From Hemiscyllium ocellatum (taxonomy: Eukaryota), in NCBI RefSeq assembly GCF_020745735.1, contig NC_083427.1, forward strand, positions 1,829,438 to 1,893,437: DNA of 64,000 nucleotides, read 5' to 3'. The position numbers and the translations under genes were made by a program. The first letter of the stretch is position 1, and each line of letters begins with the position of its first letter. Below, piece by piece: positions 1-13,340 of the stretch. The notes under the pieces are model-generated. The model made no database searches. It was not told where the DNA came from and saw only the letters and a program-made list of their open reading frames with translations.

Positions 1-500
1 TTGTACAGTTCTAGTCACTGCATTATAGGAAGGATGTGGTAGCTTTGGTAAGGGTTCAGACGATATTTGCTATGATTTTGCCCGGTATGGAAATGAGACC
101 TCATGAGCAAAGTCTGACCGACTTGAGGCTGTTTTCATGAGAGAGAAGAAGGTTGGAGGTGACTTAATTGAGACATACAAGATAATCAGAGAGTAAGATA
201 AGGTGGACAGTGAGAGCATTTTTTTCTCGGATAGCAATGGTTCACTCGAGAGGACATAGCTTTAAATTGTGGGACGATAGTTATAGGACAGATGTTTGAG
301 GTAGTTGCTTTACTCAGAAAGTAATAGGGGATTGAACGCACTGCCTGCAAGAATAGCAGACTCTCCAACTTAATGACACTTAAATGGTCATTGGCTAGGC
401 ATATGGACGAGAATTGAATAAAGTAGGTTAGATATACTTCAGATTGATTTCACAGGTCGGTGCTACATCGATGGGCCTATACTGCACTATAATCTTCTAT
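1..500 (+). mobile_element. CR1-type LINE, decayed 3' end (RT C-terminus and 3' UTR)
   Basis: Reads as HYRKDVVAL..RVQ and ..RVGGDLIETYKII.., the same C-terminal CR1 ORF2 motifs as ORF 6688-7002. Confidence 0.8.
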
Positions 501-1404
501 GTTCTGTGTTCTTTGTGGTATCTGGTTCTGCAGTGGCTGTTTTGTTGTATATTAGAAAGACCGTGCTGTATACTGTCCAGCTATTCCGTACTGGTGGGAG
601 TGTCAGTAAGCAGAGCAGATTCCTCAGGTCATGTAATGGGGTATCTATCCATGTCGGAAACTACCTTTGAATTGACGAATGATGCTGCTACAAACATATA
701 ATCTGTACATGTACAATCTTGCGTGACATGATGAAAATACAAACAGCGAGGCTTTTTATGTGGTGTCTGTTCATGCTAAAAAAAACTCATTTACTGAGGG
801 TTCCATGACATTATGTGTTGGTTAGTTGTTGAAATGTTTAAGCCACCATTCTATGTCAGCTATTTGAAGTATACGGTTTGGATAGACAGAACTGAAATAA
901 AGTTTGGGAATTGCCTTCTATCTACTTCTCAATTTCGCAGTCGAGATTCACTGTGTCAAAATATCTGCTTGCCATCATAACCCGTCATTTTCATTGTTCT
1001 CTCCTCAGTAATTCGATAGCAACTCACCCAACTCCACTGAAGTCTTGTTATCAATTGCATATGCGTAAACTAAACAGATTTGCTTTTGGGATGCGATAGA
1101 TGCCAGTTGCAGCTGTTGCTGAGAGCACACAACAGGTCAGTTCAATCCGAAATGGCATTGATAGACTAAAACCCTGGACGTGAGCTTTGAATACATTCTG
1201 TGAAGCAGTTTATTCTGTGACAGATACGACACTTCTGCGATCATGATTGTTTTGAATGAATTGTCCAAATGCTTGGATACATTATGAGCACTAATTTCTT
1301 CGCGTTAACTATACTGGTGTGAATTCAAGATTTATTGATGACAGACATTATATTGGTATTAATTAGGGTTTCATTAATTTGACACGATGCAAGATTTCCA
1401 ACAT

Positions 1405-1630
1405 TTTCAGTGGCAATTAACTACGTGGGTTATGATAAGAAAGCAAGGAGGCTCCAAACTGATATGGATAGACTGATACCTGGCCAATAAGGGATCAGAT
1501 GGATTATTTTGTAGATTAAGTACAAGTTTATCCTCTTTGGCATAACGGCCTTCAACGAGGAGTATCTCTGAAAAGCCAGGAGAATGGGAAATGTTCATGC
1601 TAAAAGGGAATTGTGAGTCTGACTATATTA
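1405..1630 (-). mobile_element. CR1-like RT fragment
   Basis: Minus-strand similarity to the CR1 ORF2 RT region; short and degraded. Confidence 0.45.
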
Positions 1631-1639
1631 GTTATTGAA

Positions 1640-2445
1640 ATCTAACAAATGCAAGGAAGAGATGGAATGCTAAGAGGGTTGGTGTAAAGACAACAATCAA
1701 TAAAACGAAGGAGTCGAGCAGTGCCTTGTGGAAGTGAAGCTGATGGCATGCCCTTGTCTGCATCAACAGTGCGGAAATGAGGTTCGTCCACAGTGTCAAG
1801 GTTCTGGAAGTGATTACGACCAACAACTAGTCTGGTCTATCCATGTTCGTCTCAATGTTCAAGAAAACAAAAGAGCATCTCTACTTCCTCAGGTGGCTGA
1901 AGGAAATTTGATATGTACACAAGCACTCTTATCAATTTTCACAGATGCACCATTGACAGCCTTCTCTGTGCATGCATCATAATGCGATTTGACAACAGCT
2001 TCTCCCACTACCACAAGAAACTGCAAGAGTCATGAATACAGCCTCGTCTATAACATAACCCAGCCTTCCAGCATTGAAGACGTGTTGATTTTCCATTGTC
2101 TTGGGAAGCCAACAATTGAATCAAAGACCGCTTTCACTCCTGCTGTGTTTTCTTCCAGCCTCTTCTATCCGACAGAAGACATAAAAGCTTGTGCACATGT
2201 GCAAATAGATTCAAGAATGGCTTCTTCGCTGCTGCTATTAGATTCCTGAATGGAACTCTCAGATATTATATTTCATGTTGATCTTGCTCTGTGCCTCTTA
2301 TCTGCAGCTGTAACGTTTTATGTCCGCTCTGTCCGAGGACCCTGCATGCTTTGTTTGTTATGATCTGCCAACACTGCACGAAAAACAAAACATTTCACTG
2401 TACCTAGGTATGTATCAATAATAATTCCAATCAAATCAAATTTCT
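1640..2445 (+). mobile_element. Non-CR1 LINE 3' part (Rex/L2-like) ending in a (TCAAA)n tail
   Basis: Ends ...cactgtacctaggtatgtatcaataataattccaatcaaatcaaat. The reverse complement of this end recurs at about 52440. Confidence 0.5.
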
Positions 2446-2929
2446 TGGAAAGCAAAAAACAGCAACGATGTTTTAAGAAGTTCAATCGCAAGTAAATTTG
2501 AATGTGAATGCATGTATTGCTTCAAATTTGTAGAATTTCAAAGATTGCACCGAGACATAGTGCAAAATCTATTACCTTCACTTAAGTTAGGATGCAATTT
2601 CCTTGCAAATGAATTGTGATGGACATCCAGATGTGAGATTGTCGGACCATCCCATGAAACGACTTTGAAGAGAGTGCACTAATAGTTTGAGCTAATCGAA
2701 TAATGAGAGATTGACCGAGCATGTGCATGACAGTGTACGGTTGGTGTTTGATGTTCATGACTTTAGTGGCAATGTGGACGTATGGAAAAATTACTCGAGG
2801 TAGGCGATCCAATTCTGTCGAGAATGCTTCCATTTTCCTGTCATCTCAACAGCAGAAAACTCCAGAATCGAAGATAATTAAAAAAAAGGAGAGTAGCAAA
2901 TCAACGAGAGAATGAATAAAATGATGGAA

Positions 2930-4800
2930 AAGTTAAAGCATTCCTAAGTATGTTTTCATTGAGCTGTTTCAGGGAAGAAGGTGAATAATGAAAGCATTGG
3001 GGCGAACCGGACTGGCCACTAACTGTTTGTGACAGAATTCTTTGTCTTCACTAAGGAGGGGATTAATGCAAAGTGTGTAATTTAAAAAATGATTCCATTC
3101 AAATTTTAGATTAAATATTAATGAGAATGGAAGTATTGTAGAGAGAAACCTCCTGGAAAGTGCATATATATTTCGTGGTAAAAGGAACCCAGTGAGGAAA
3201 TAATAGATGCTCAAAGGATCATTTGCCAATTCTCACAAAATGTATGTGAGGTAGCAGACAATTATAATTGTAAGTCTACAACTATTCCAGCCTCGAAAAT
3301 GTCTTGATAGTCGACCAAAAAGTTAAAGGCCAGTCAGTCTGTACTCCATGGAGGACTCTTTACGATAACCAATTATAAAAGTTCAGGTGGAATGGTACTA
3401 AGAAAGAGATGGACTAATCTTGGAAAGTCAGAATGAATTTGTGAAGTGAACATCGTATGTTATCAAGTTAAGCGATTTTTTTTGGTGCAATGGCATCAAA
3501 GGGACTCTTAGGGATAGTATTTCGGTAATGTCCAAATGGATATAGTGAGGCATTTACCGAAGTCCAACGTAGAAGACTTGTCAGAAAAATAAAGTCCATG
3601 AAATACAAGAGAGTGCCAAGTCTGATTACAAAATTGCGTCACCGACAGGAAGCAATGTTTAACACTGCAGAATGTGTTCCTTTGTTTTTGACCATCTCCA
3701 GTGTTGTATGACACGACTTAGTGTTTTATCGTTCGGCATTTGAGGTGTACATTCATGATTTATAGTTTAATGTGATTTGGATTTCGTTGATGATACAGAG
3801 GCAGTGGCATCGATTATATTAATGATAATGGCCGTCAAATGCAGCTTTATATCAGTGGTTCAGTTCTGCCAGTGAAATATGATAATTTGAATTCAGTCTG
3901 TAAGTGGGAATATATGAAGTGAAGAGGATGTCAGAAACTTTGCAGCATACGTCCACCGGTCCATGATTGCTGAAGAACAGGTGACGAAATGTGTTAAAAA
4001 AAGTCATGTGTGAACCAATGAGATGTTTTCCTGCTTTTGATGAAATGTTGAACACTAAATGTATTCAATGTCCAGGTCACCACGTTCGTGGGAAGGCAAA
4101 ATTGTTCAGGATAGGGGACAACAAGTTGTACAAGAATGTTGTGAGAAATTTTAAATGGATATACCATTGTTGTTTTCCTCCCAAGACAGGCGGCAGAGTT
4201 CTAACTAAATTGAACAGTACAAAATAATGAGGGGTTTATGTAGTATGTCAGCGAAGTCATGTTATTATTGCGGGGAAGCCATAGGGAAATACATTAGTGT
4301 ATTATACACAAGTAAAGCCTTTTTTTACAGTCACATTCTGTAATTAGAACAAAATAATTGATCGTCGTTTCACCAGAGGGTACCTCTAAGGATGACATGG
4401 GAAGTAAGGGAGAGAACAGCATTTCCACACGATACTGGGGACTGTCTGATATTTGCTTCCTGGTTTGATGGTTGAGACAGAAATCCTCAAGTTATTTGGA
4501 AGCAGTTTGGGTGTGAAGCTGGGGCGTTGTGTCCTTCAGTAATGTATGGTTCTATAGTTCTGCAAAGTTTCATTCATAACGTGATCGCTAACCTGATCTC
4601 TTCAAACCTGTCAATGGAACTTTATTAGTGGAAGCTATTTTGAACTTAGAATGATTCATTTTGGATCAAGTCATCAGTCAGTTGGAGAAATGTGCATTAA
4701 TTACAGAAATGAAGCCATGATTCAAAGCAGGAAAAAAAGGAGTTCAAATAATTGATTGGTATTTTGACGAGGTAACGAAGTGTCATATTGTTGGAATGCT
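2930..4800 (+). mobile_element. Decayed CR1 LINE ORF2 (endonuclease to RT)
   Basis: Frame-broken CR1-like segments throughout, e.g. the ..tatggaacctcatttaaa..-like motif and the 3' ..gatacagtatttccacac.. region. Confidence 0.55.
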
Positions 4801-5299
4801 GACATGAAATTGCAGAGGAAGAGAATCAATACTTTTCTACAATTGTAAAGTCACAGAATACAAAGACAATTGTAAAAGATGACTGGAAGTAATATAATTG
4901 CCAAATGAGGTGGAGTATCTATGTGCTTCCGAATTGAGAAAACATATATAGTGATCTGTACTGAATAGGCCACTGGTTAAATCTTTCTATGAGAACTGGC
5001 GTTCTCTTCCACGTCCCCAGTTGTTGCCTATTTCACGTAATCTTTAATACCTAATTAGCATTTGATTCCACTTTATGCCTATGAATGTTCTGCACCGAGT
5101 GCTGTCAAGTGTAATTATTTTAGATGGATTTTGTTTAATTGTTGTTGGTATCAAGAGGCAAGATATTAGTTGGTGGTCACCAGATGCTGTTGTCATCCTC
5201 ACTATTTTCTCCGAACGTGAAAAGCACAATTGTATGGGATATTAATGCATTTTAAGATCCATAGATGCACAGATTCATAACAGCACAGAAAAGACCCTT

Positions 5300-7255
5300 T
5301 GCTCCATCGTGTCTCCTCCAACATGCACTAAACGTGCACTAATTGCAAGTTCCTGCACTTGTCCCGCATCCTTGAATATTGTGATAGTTGATGTACTTTT
5401 CCATTTCTTCAAAGTTTGCAAGGTTTCCAGTCAAGGTGAAAAGTTGCTGGCAGTTAGCAACAAGGGAAACGTGCAGACCTTCTACAGGTATATCAGGAAT
5501 GCAAGAATGACTGGAGTAAGATTGGGTCAATCAAATATGGCTTTGGAAAGTTGTGTGTGGAATCTGAGGACATAACTGAAGCGCTAAATGAATACTTTTC
5601 GTCAGTTTTCACTTTGGAAAAGGGAAATGTTTGTGAGAATGCAAAGATACGGACTACAAGAACTGATGAGATTACGCTTGACAAAGTGGAGGTTTTAGCA
5701 ATTTTGGAAGATCTGAAAATAGTTAAGAGGCCTTGGCCAGGTGGGGTTTATCCGCGAATTCTCGGGGAAGCAAGTGAACAGGTTGCAAAGTCCTGTGCTT
5801 CGATCATTATGTCACCATTCCTGATAAGAGTAGTGCCTGAAAACTGGATGATAACAAATGCTGTTCCCTTGTTTAAGAAGGAGAGTCGGGACAACCCTGA
5901 TAGTTATAGGCCAGTGAGTCTTACAGTGGGTTATAAGAGATACGATTTATGATCATCTGGAAAGGAATGATTTGATTTGGGATAGTCAACACGGTTTTGC
6001 GAAGTGTTGGTCGTGTGTCACTAACCTAATTGAGTTCTTCGAGAAGGTGACAAAGCAAGTGGATGAAGGTCAAGAGGTTGATGTGACGTATTTGGACTTT
6101 AGTAAGGCGTTTGATAGGATTCCACGTAGTAGTCTATTGTACAAATTATGGAGTTTCGAGATTGAAGGTGATTTAACGGTTTGGATCAGAAATCGGCAAG
6201 CTTAAAGAAGATAGAGGATGGTGTTCGATGGGAAGTGTCCATCCTGGTTCTTGGTTATCAGTGGCATGCAGCAAAGGTTTGGTCTGGGGGCACTGATGTT
6301 TGTCATTTTTATACATGATCTGGATGTGGGCTTTAAAGGATGAGTTCGCAAAATTGCGCATGACACTACGGTAGGCAGAGTTGTGGTTACTGCCAAAGAA
6401 TGCTGTGGGCTGTAGAGGGACACCGTTCAGATGCAGAGCTAGGCTGAGAAGTGGGAAGTGGAGATTAATGTGGAAAAAGTGTGAGGTGGTTCACTTCAAA
6501 GAAGTAATGGGTAAGCAGAGTACTGGGCTTGTGGTAAAATGTTTGGCAGTGTAGATGAACAGACCGATCTCGGTGTCCAGATGCATAAATCCCTGAAAAT
6601 GCCACCGAGTTTGATAGGGTTGTTAAGAAGGCATATGGCGTATTCGCGTTTATTGGTTGGGGGATTGAGTTTCATCGCCACAAGACCATGTTTCAGCTTT
6701 CCAAGATACTGGTAAGGCCGCACCTGGAATATTGCATGAAGTTCTGGTCACCCCACTATCAGAAGGATGTTGAAGCTTTGCAAAGGGTTCAGAGGACATT
6801 TTCTAGGATGTTGCCTGGTATGGAAAGAAGGTCTTTTGAAGAAAGGCTGAGGGAACTGAGGCTGTTTCCGTGGGAGAGAAGAAAGTTGAGAGGTGACTTA
6901 ATCAAAATGTATCAGATCATGACATGGTTTGATAGGGTGGGCAGTGAGACCCTTTTTCCTCGGATGGTGATAGCTAACATGTGGGGACTGAGCTTAAACT
7001 GAGGGCTGTTAGATTTAGAACAGATATTCGGGGTAGTTTCTTCACTCAGAGATGACAAGGGATGTGAAATAGCCTGCCTGCAGTAGTCGACTCGCCGAAG
7101 TTAAGAGCATTTAAATGGACATTGGGAATATGTACAGATAATACTGTAATAGTGTAGGTTAGAAGGGCATCATTTATTTTCACAGGTCAGTAAAGCATTG
7201 AGGCCCGAAGGGTCTGCAGTGCGCTGTAACGTTCTATGCTCGATGTTCTATGTTA
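5300..7255 (+). mobile_element. CR1 LINE ORF2 (RT) remnant
   Basis: ORFs 5551-5952 (NAVPLFKKESRDNPDSYRPVSLT), 5972-6205 (SQHGFAK..CVTNLIEFFE..YLDFSKAFD) and 6688-7002 (LVRPHLEYC..WSPHYQKDVEALQRVQR) are classic CR1 RT motifs. Confidence 0.92.
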
Positions 7256-8250
7256 CCTCTCCAATCTGTGCATTCCAAATTCTCTGGACGAGTTGAATGA
7301 CACTCTGAACCTCATGCTCCTGTCCTGATTGACTCCTCAACTAAGGCGGGCAGGTGTTCTCTATTAAAACTTTCTGTATCTCTCATAATCATATACACGT
7401 AAATCATTACCCCCTCTGTCTTACTTGTTTTGAAGAAAATGATCCAAACCTCTCTAGGGTCATAACATAGCTCAATTTCTCCGTCCCAGGCAACATCCTG
7501 GTGAACCTTCCCTCTCTCCCCTCTGATCATGTCACATCCTTCCTGCCATGACAAGACCAGAACTGGACATCATAGTCCAAACCTGGCCTGACTGACGCTT
7601 TGTACAAGTCCAAAATTACTTCTTTATGCTGTATGGCACGAAAGATGAAAGCAAGTATGCCCTAACACTACTTCATCTTGTTTCTCCTTCCAAAGCATAT
7701 TATCTCACTTTTCAGGGATAATTATCATCGGTCTTAAGTCTCCATATCACAATAGGATTTTCACTATTTACCACTCTTCCAAATGTGGTATCTTCTGCAA
7801 GTTTGCTTCATATTCCTCCTCCCCCCAACATTTTTATCTGAATTTTGTGTGTATCTAACGAACAATATGAGTCCTTAAACTGCTCCGAGTGGTGTAACGT
7901 TTCACACAAGTTTCCAGTGATCCAAACAGCCTTCTATCATGGTCTTTGGGTTATATTACAGAGCCAGTTTCTGATTTGCGTGAAAGCTTTCGCTCAGGTC
8001 CACGTCCTTTAATTGTCTCAAATAATGTACAGTAAGAGGTCTTTCAAAAGCTTTGATGCAATCCATATAGAAACTACATCAACTGATCTCCTGTTGTCCA
8101 CACATTTTATTGTATTTTCAAAAAATTCCAAAAAATTTGTGAGGCATGACATCCCTCTGAGAAAGCCATGTTTACTATTCTCTGCCCTCTCACAACTATT
8201 TAGTCTACTCTGTCATGGAAGTCCCATGATAGAACATTAATTACTTTACT
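7255..8250 (-). mobile_element. CR1 LINE remnant, tail-to-tail with the previous element
   Basis: Minus-strand CR1 RT and 3' motifs (..gtccagttctgg.., ..aaagctttgatgcaatcc.. = reverse complement of the DFQKAFD region). Confidence 0.7.
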
Positions 8251-8379
8251 GAAGTTTACTCTGTCTGACAACGAACTTTTTGAAATATCACACAATTGTC
8301 TTGATATTACAGATAATGTATCGGGATTTTTTTTGTCAATGTGAGTAATTTTTCAAATAAAATTCTCCACTAATTGTAG

Positions 8380-8537
8380 GTATCCCTGAAATAAAAGAGG
8401 ACCCGGTAGACTATGACATCGAAGAAAACGAACGAGAAAATTTCGATGGAGATGCCAACAGTTCATTATCCATTATGACGTTTGTCGTCCTGTTTATTCT
8501 CAGTTCGCTGTACAGCACATTTGTAACTGTGCTTAAG
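8380..8537 (+). CDS. IgNAR: IgNAR transmembrane exon 1 (TM1) of upstream cluster A
   Basis: ttgtag|GT ATC CCT...CTT AAG|gtaata; 158 nt, open, phase 1 in and phase 0 out. Translates (G)IPEIKEDPVDYDIEENERENFDGDANSSLSIMTFVVLFILSSLYSTFVTVLK: acidic spacer, hydrophobic helix with the Ig CART-type S..YST..T motif, then K. The IgNAR isotype call rests on recalled similarity and flanking context. Confidence 0.88.
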
Positions 8538-11142
8538 GTAATAACATATTTTAATAGCTGTGTTACATTCGGCTTTCATAGATGAAATCATGTTAATCTG
8601 CTCATCATAATGCAGAACTATTCCTCAAAAAACCATTAATCCTCTTCAAATTGATTTTTAGTGATTAACTGCCGTCTTGAATAAACGTCCTCATGGGATG
8701 ATTGCACAGAGGAATTCAAGCACCCATTTAAAAATAAATGCGGGATTTAGGAACCAAAATATGTCAGTCATTGAAATAATGCTTCACTCGTAGTGTCAGC
8801 TCATAAAAGGGTAGAAAACTGTTCTTTTTTTAAAATGAGTATTTCATACTTGGTGGCAATAAGCTAGACACGGTGAAATATATTGAGACCCGAGAGTATA
8901 AAGGTAAAAAAAATGGAACGAGGTACAGCACAAATTAATTCAAATTGTTGTGCGTCTCCATAAAGGAATGAGGAAAATATTAGTTAATGAATCAGATGAA
9001 CTAATCAGTTTAGTTTAGATTAGTTTAGTTCAGATTAGTTAATGAATCAGATTAACTAGTGACAAATCAAAGTGAATTTATAGGAAAAGCATAAGTATGC
9101 GAGGCAACTTTATTTGCAACATGCAGGATTCTTCCAGATCTTTACAGGATAGATACAGAAATATTTTTTAAAAATATAAAACCAGATTCTAGTCCACCAG
9201 TTGCATTTGGAAACACGGATTTTCAGAGCGCTGCTCCTGTGAAGTGTGATTTTTAACTTTATCCACCCCAGTCCAATACCAAATCCTCGACATCATGCAG
9301 AAAGATTGTTTGACTTGGTGGTGGATTAATACAGTCACAGAACACACAAACGGAATCTCTGCAGAGTTGTGCTGATCTAACTATTCTAATCCCACGTTCC
9401 AGCATTTGAGTTGTATGTGAAGTGTTCATCCACGTCAACATTTAAATATTATAACGTATTTTCTCACATCTACTACCTTGCGAGGCATTGCCCTGCAGAT
9501 GCCCACTAATGTCTGGCTGAACAAATACTTCATAAAGTTCATTCTAATACACCAACCATCATTTTCAATTATGGTGCTTCCTAACTGAATGAATCAATAG
9601 TCTCCCATCTACCCTGTCCATGCGGATTGTAGTCATATACATCTCAATCACGTTCCCTTATCTATTTCCTCTGTTGTAAAGAAAAAAACCTGGATGAACA
9701 AAGTATCTGTTAATATTTAGAGCACTCCAGCGCTGCTTAATCTTCTACAAATTCCCTCCACTTAAAAAAATTCCTTGGTGTCGTGTTGTTAGCAGAACTA
9801 CACACAGTAATCCAGCTATGGACGAACCAAACTGTTGTAAAGCTCCAACATAACTGCCCTGAACTCGCATCTCTAAAATACGTACTGATAAAGGCAAGGG
9901 TCCAAAATGTATTCTTAAAAAAAGGCACTCGACATCCACACACCTCAACACCTCCAGCATCTTTTATCAGAGGAAATAGTTCATCACATCACTCCTTATT
10001 GTAAGAGCACTAATTAATACTGTTACCAAGCATACTCTGACACCATCATCATCAATATCACCATTAGATAATGATGATTGAGTTACCAGTTCAATACATA
10101 GGTTTGATGCATCTCAAGAGTTATCTTGTTTCACTGCATTTCGCTCAGAACTAATTCCAGCCACCTTGTGTAATCCACCTTACTAGAAATTCACCATGAT
10201 CACTGCAACTATCCAAAACCCATTTGATGTTTGAAGACATGACATCGTTTGAGTGACTCTGCATTATGCAGAATCCACCACCAATATATTCTTCTTGCCG
10301 TATGTCCTCTGCAGCCAAATACAAAGTTAAGAATTCGGTGTAACTACAACAGGATGCCCCGCTCATTGTTTCCCACACATAGCTTTGAATTAGGAATCTG
10401 TAATCTATTAATGAAAAACAAACAAATACAGAAGCTCTGAAGAAAGTTCACTGCACCTGCAGCATTAAATCTGGTTTCACTGTACAGATGCTGCCGGAGG
10501 TTTTCCATCAATTTCAAAATTTACTTTTGATTTCCAGTATCCACAGATCTTTAGAGTTTTGATTAATCAAAATGCTCTGTCTGAGAGAAAAAACATCCTG
10601 CATGACAATTGGTTGCTTTGCAAACAGGTGAAAGCTTCATTACACTGGGCACCCTATTGAAATAGAGAAGAAGATTCATAGATTTTGTTTTGAGATATTC
10701 AAGGTGTAGTCAACGGCCTTATTATAATTTTATGTTTTAATCTCTTGTGCTTAAATAACACACACAGACATAGAGTGCCGTCAGATCACTCTTCCTGCTT
10801 TGCTAGAGCATTGAATACTGTTACTCCTGAAAGTTCCCACTCTAACGTTAGAAACTTGATTCTCAGCAGGTTGCCGATATATGCTGCAGAGTGCAATTTT
10901 CCATTTTGTCCTTAAATGGCCTCTGAAACACGTAATTGTCCCAGCATTACTGCACCAGTGATCACTTTGTCAACTACAAACTCAGCTTTCAGTGAGGCTA
11001 TTCCAAGTTGCAAGCAGGATGATGGCATCGAGAGAAAATTAATTCAATTAATTTATTAACTGGAACTCAGAATTTGTTGATGTTTTGTAATCAAATTTGA
11101 ACTGTCTTCGCCAACTGTAAACAACCTTACATTTGCCCAAAA

Positions 11143-12085
11143 GTGAGAAAATGCTGGAAAATCTCAGCAAATTTGGCAGCATCTGGAAGGAGAGAAAAGA
11201 GCTGACGTTTCGGGTCTAAAACATCCTTTGTCAAAGCTCAAAAAAAAAGGGAGAAATAAGGAGGTATTTATATTAGGTTGAGAGAAGGTGCCATTTACAC
11301 ATGACTCCAGAAGCAAAGGTAGCAGTAAAGAGGTGATAATGACAGTACAGAGAGAGATTATAGGTTTATTAGAAACTGAGGCCAGTGCTATGTGACAAAA
11401 TATGTGGGGGATTGGTTGGGGGCGGGGGGCGAGATGGAGGGCGGGAATGGGTGAAACAGAGGCAAAATGGGAAACGAGGGAAAGGGTTGCAAAGGGAGAA
11501 GAGGAGAGGAAGAAGGTGATGAGAGAGTGGGGAGCGAGAGAAAGAGAGACAATCAAGAAATAAGAGGCACAGAACAGTGAAAAAATAGAAAAACAAGATA
11601 AATAAAATAAATGAAATGAAATTATGGAGCAAAATGAAAACAGAGGGGTCGAGATGGTGGAATCATCTGATGTTGTTGAATTCAATGTTGAGACCGGCAG
11701 GCTGTAATTTGCCTCGTCGGAAGATGCGCTGTTGTTCCTTCAGTTTGCATTGAGTTTCACTGGAAAATTGCAGCAGGCCAAGGAAAGACATATGAGCATG
11801 GGAGCAAGATTATGTGTTGAAGTGGCAAGACACGGGAAGGTCCGGGATCTGATTGCGTACAGATCTGGCTCCAGAAGCAAAGGTAGCAATAAAGAGGTGA
11901 TAATGACTGTGTAAATGCCTCTCTATTTCTCCCTTTTTTTTTTAGCTTCGAGAAAGTGTCAGTTCGGCTCGAAACGTCAGCTCTGTTCTCTCCTTACAGA
12001 TGCTGCCAGACTTGCTGGGATTTTCCAGCATTTTCTCTTTTGTGGTTTCAGATTCCAGCATCCGCAGTAACTTGCTTTTTTGCTT
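11143..12085. mobile_element. Truncated Penelope-like element with inverted terminal repeats and a GA-rich interior
   Basis: 11143-11280 (aaaatgctggaaaatctcagcaa..gacgtttcgg..aaagctcaaaaaaaaagggagaaata) is the reverse complement of about 11915-12060. Direct repeat ctccagaagcaaaggtagca.taaagaggtgataatgac at about 11305 and 11869. Confidence 0.65.
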
Positions 12086-12449
12086 ACATTTTCCCACGCG
12101 AGCCGCGATCTAACTTTATTTACTTTTACTCGTTTGATTTGGTAAATTGCCAGAGAATTTCTCTGCGCAGTATTTGCTATGCTACTGAGCTTAATCTCCA
12201 CTACAAAACATGAATCTATGCTTCATTTATTTTTCTTTCAAGTCCAAATTTCGCTTTGTACGTTGCATACTTGAAGAAACGTCTATCCAGAGTTGAGGTT
12301 ACTTGGTCATGGAGTTTTGTCAATCCTTTCCAGATCACAAAGCATACCACTCGATTTCATACTGATATTTGCCTTTTGTGCATGCTTCAGAATATGAAAC
12401 GTTTTTATAGATTTTCTTCGCGTAATTATTGGACTTTTGCTCTCTGCAG

Positions 12450-12458
12450 GTGAACTGA
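12450..12458 (+). CDS. IgNAR: Candidate IgNAR TM2 exon (cytoplasmic tail ..K-V-N-stop)
   Basis: Strong acceptor ggacttttgctctctgcag|GTG AAC TGA in phase 0, matching the TM1 donor. Gives a KVN tail analogous to the KVK of other Ig heavy chains. Confidence 0.6.
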   Translation: MN

Positions 12459-13025
12459 CCATCACTGCTGAAAACAATTACTTCTGATTTCATTGAAAGC
12501 TTGTGTGTGAAGCTCCATCGGATGCAGATTATAAATGGCATTGAATTGATTTTTGCTCTCAATCATATCGGCCCTTCCACGGTATCACTTCAACGTGTAT
12601 TCTTATGTGATCTCAACTCAGGAATGAGAACGACTTGCATATGCTTGGTCATTAACGTTTGCCTTCACGCTTTCTTTTTTAAGTCTTGGAGTTAAAGAAA
12701 TTTCATGAAACTGCTACAAGCTAAGGAAATCACTCTTCCCCATTTAAATAAGCTGAAGACGAATCTTTCAAAGTTGCCAATTGTCGGCAACATTTTGAAA
12801 AAAATTGATGTGTATCCTATGTTATTCCCCTGCTAGACATGTGTTCAATACATCTTTGAGAAAGGTAACCAGAGAAACCTTCCAAACTGGCACGCAATCA
12901 AGTATAGAATTCTTATCCAAGAGCATTAGATAGATAAAAGCCTATTAATTTGACAGAATGTCAAGTCATTACTATAGAAGACATAGAAAATGCATTTTCC
13001 AAGACTTGAAAACAAATCTACAAGC

Positions 13026-13067
13026 ATGAATATTTTTCTCCTCACAGTTGTTATTAATTATCTGACA
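13026..13067 (+). pseudogene. IgNAR: IgNAR-type leader exon of relic cluster B
   Basis: ATG AAT ATT TTT CTC CTC ACA GTT GTT ATT AAT TAT CTG ACA|gtgaga = MNIFLLTVVINYLT. The IgNAR leader begins MNIFLLSV and has the same 14-codon length. Confidence 0.7.
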
Positions 13068-13120
13068 GTGAGAAACGACATTTCCTCTGTTCAGAATTTT
13101 TATTTGTGATAAGTGATAAG

Positions 13121-13340
13121 GCTATCAATGCTGAGTTTGAGCAATTGCTTCGTTTGCTAGAACCAGCAGAGGGAACGATTGAAAATATCTTCAGGATATT
13201 TCGAGATACAGAGTCCAGCGACAACTTAATAAAAATTCCTGAGTGTAGCATACAATTTGATTTCACCTTGAAAAAGTCGCAGGATTTCACATTCTCGTAG
13301 AAATTCAATGGACGTTGTACCCTGCCATTACTATCCGTAA
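13121..13340 (+). pseudogene. IgNAR: Decayed VNAR-like variable exon of cluster B
   Basis: AINAEFEQLLRLLEPAEGTIENIFRIFRDT aligns without gaps to VNAR FR1 ([30 protein letters not shown]) at A, Q, R, G, I and RDT. The first Cys is replaced by Arg, there is a TAG at 13298-13300, and a decayed ..gccattactat.. (AxYY) lies near 13330. Confidence 0.62.

Noticed and set aside
8980-9060. Short ttag/aatgaatcag repeats
   Set aside because: Irregular microsatellite-like decay; no CRISPR-like or other regular spacing.
10628-10660. Alternative TM2 exon GTG AAA GCT..TGA (KVKASLHWAPY*)
   Set aside because: Weak pyrimidine tract (ctttgcaaacag) and an atypically long tail; 12450 is the better candidate, though this one is not excluded.
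11164-11685. Hydrophobic 173-aa minus-strand ORF (also 32358-32757 and 56707-57264)
   Set aside because: Translation of GA/CT low-complexity tracts; not membrane proteins.
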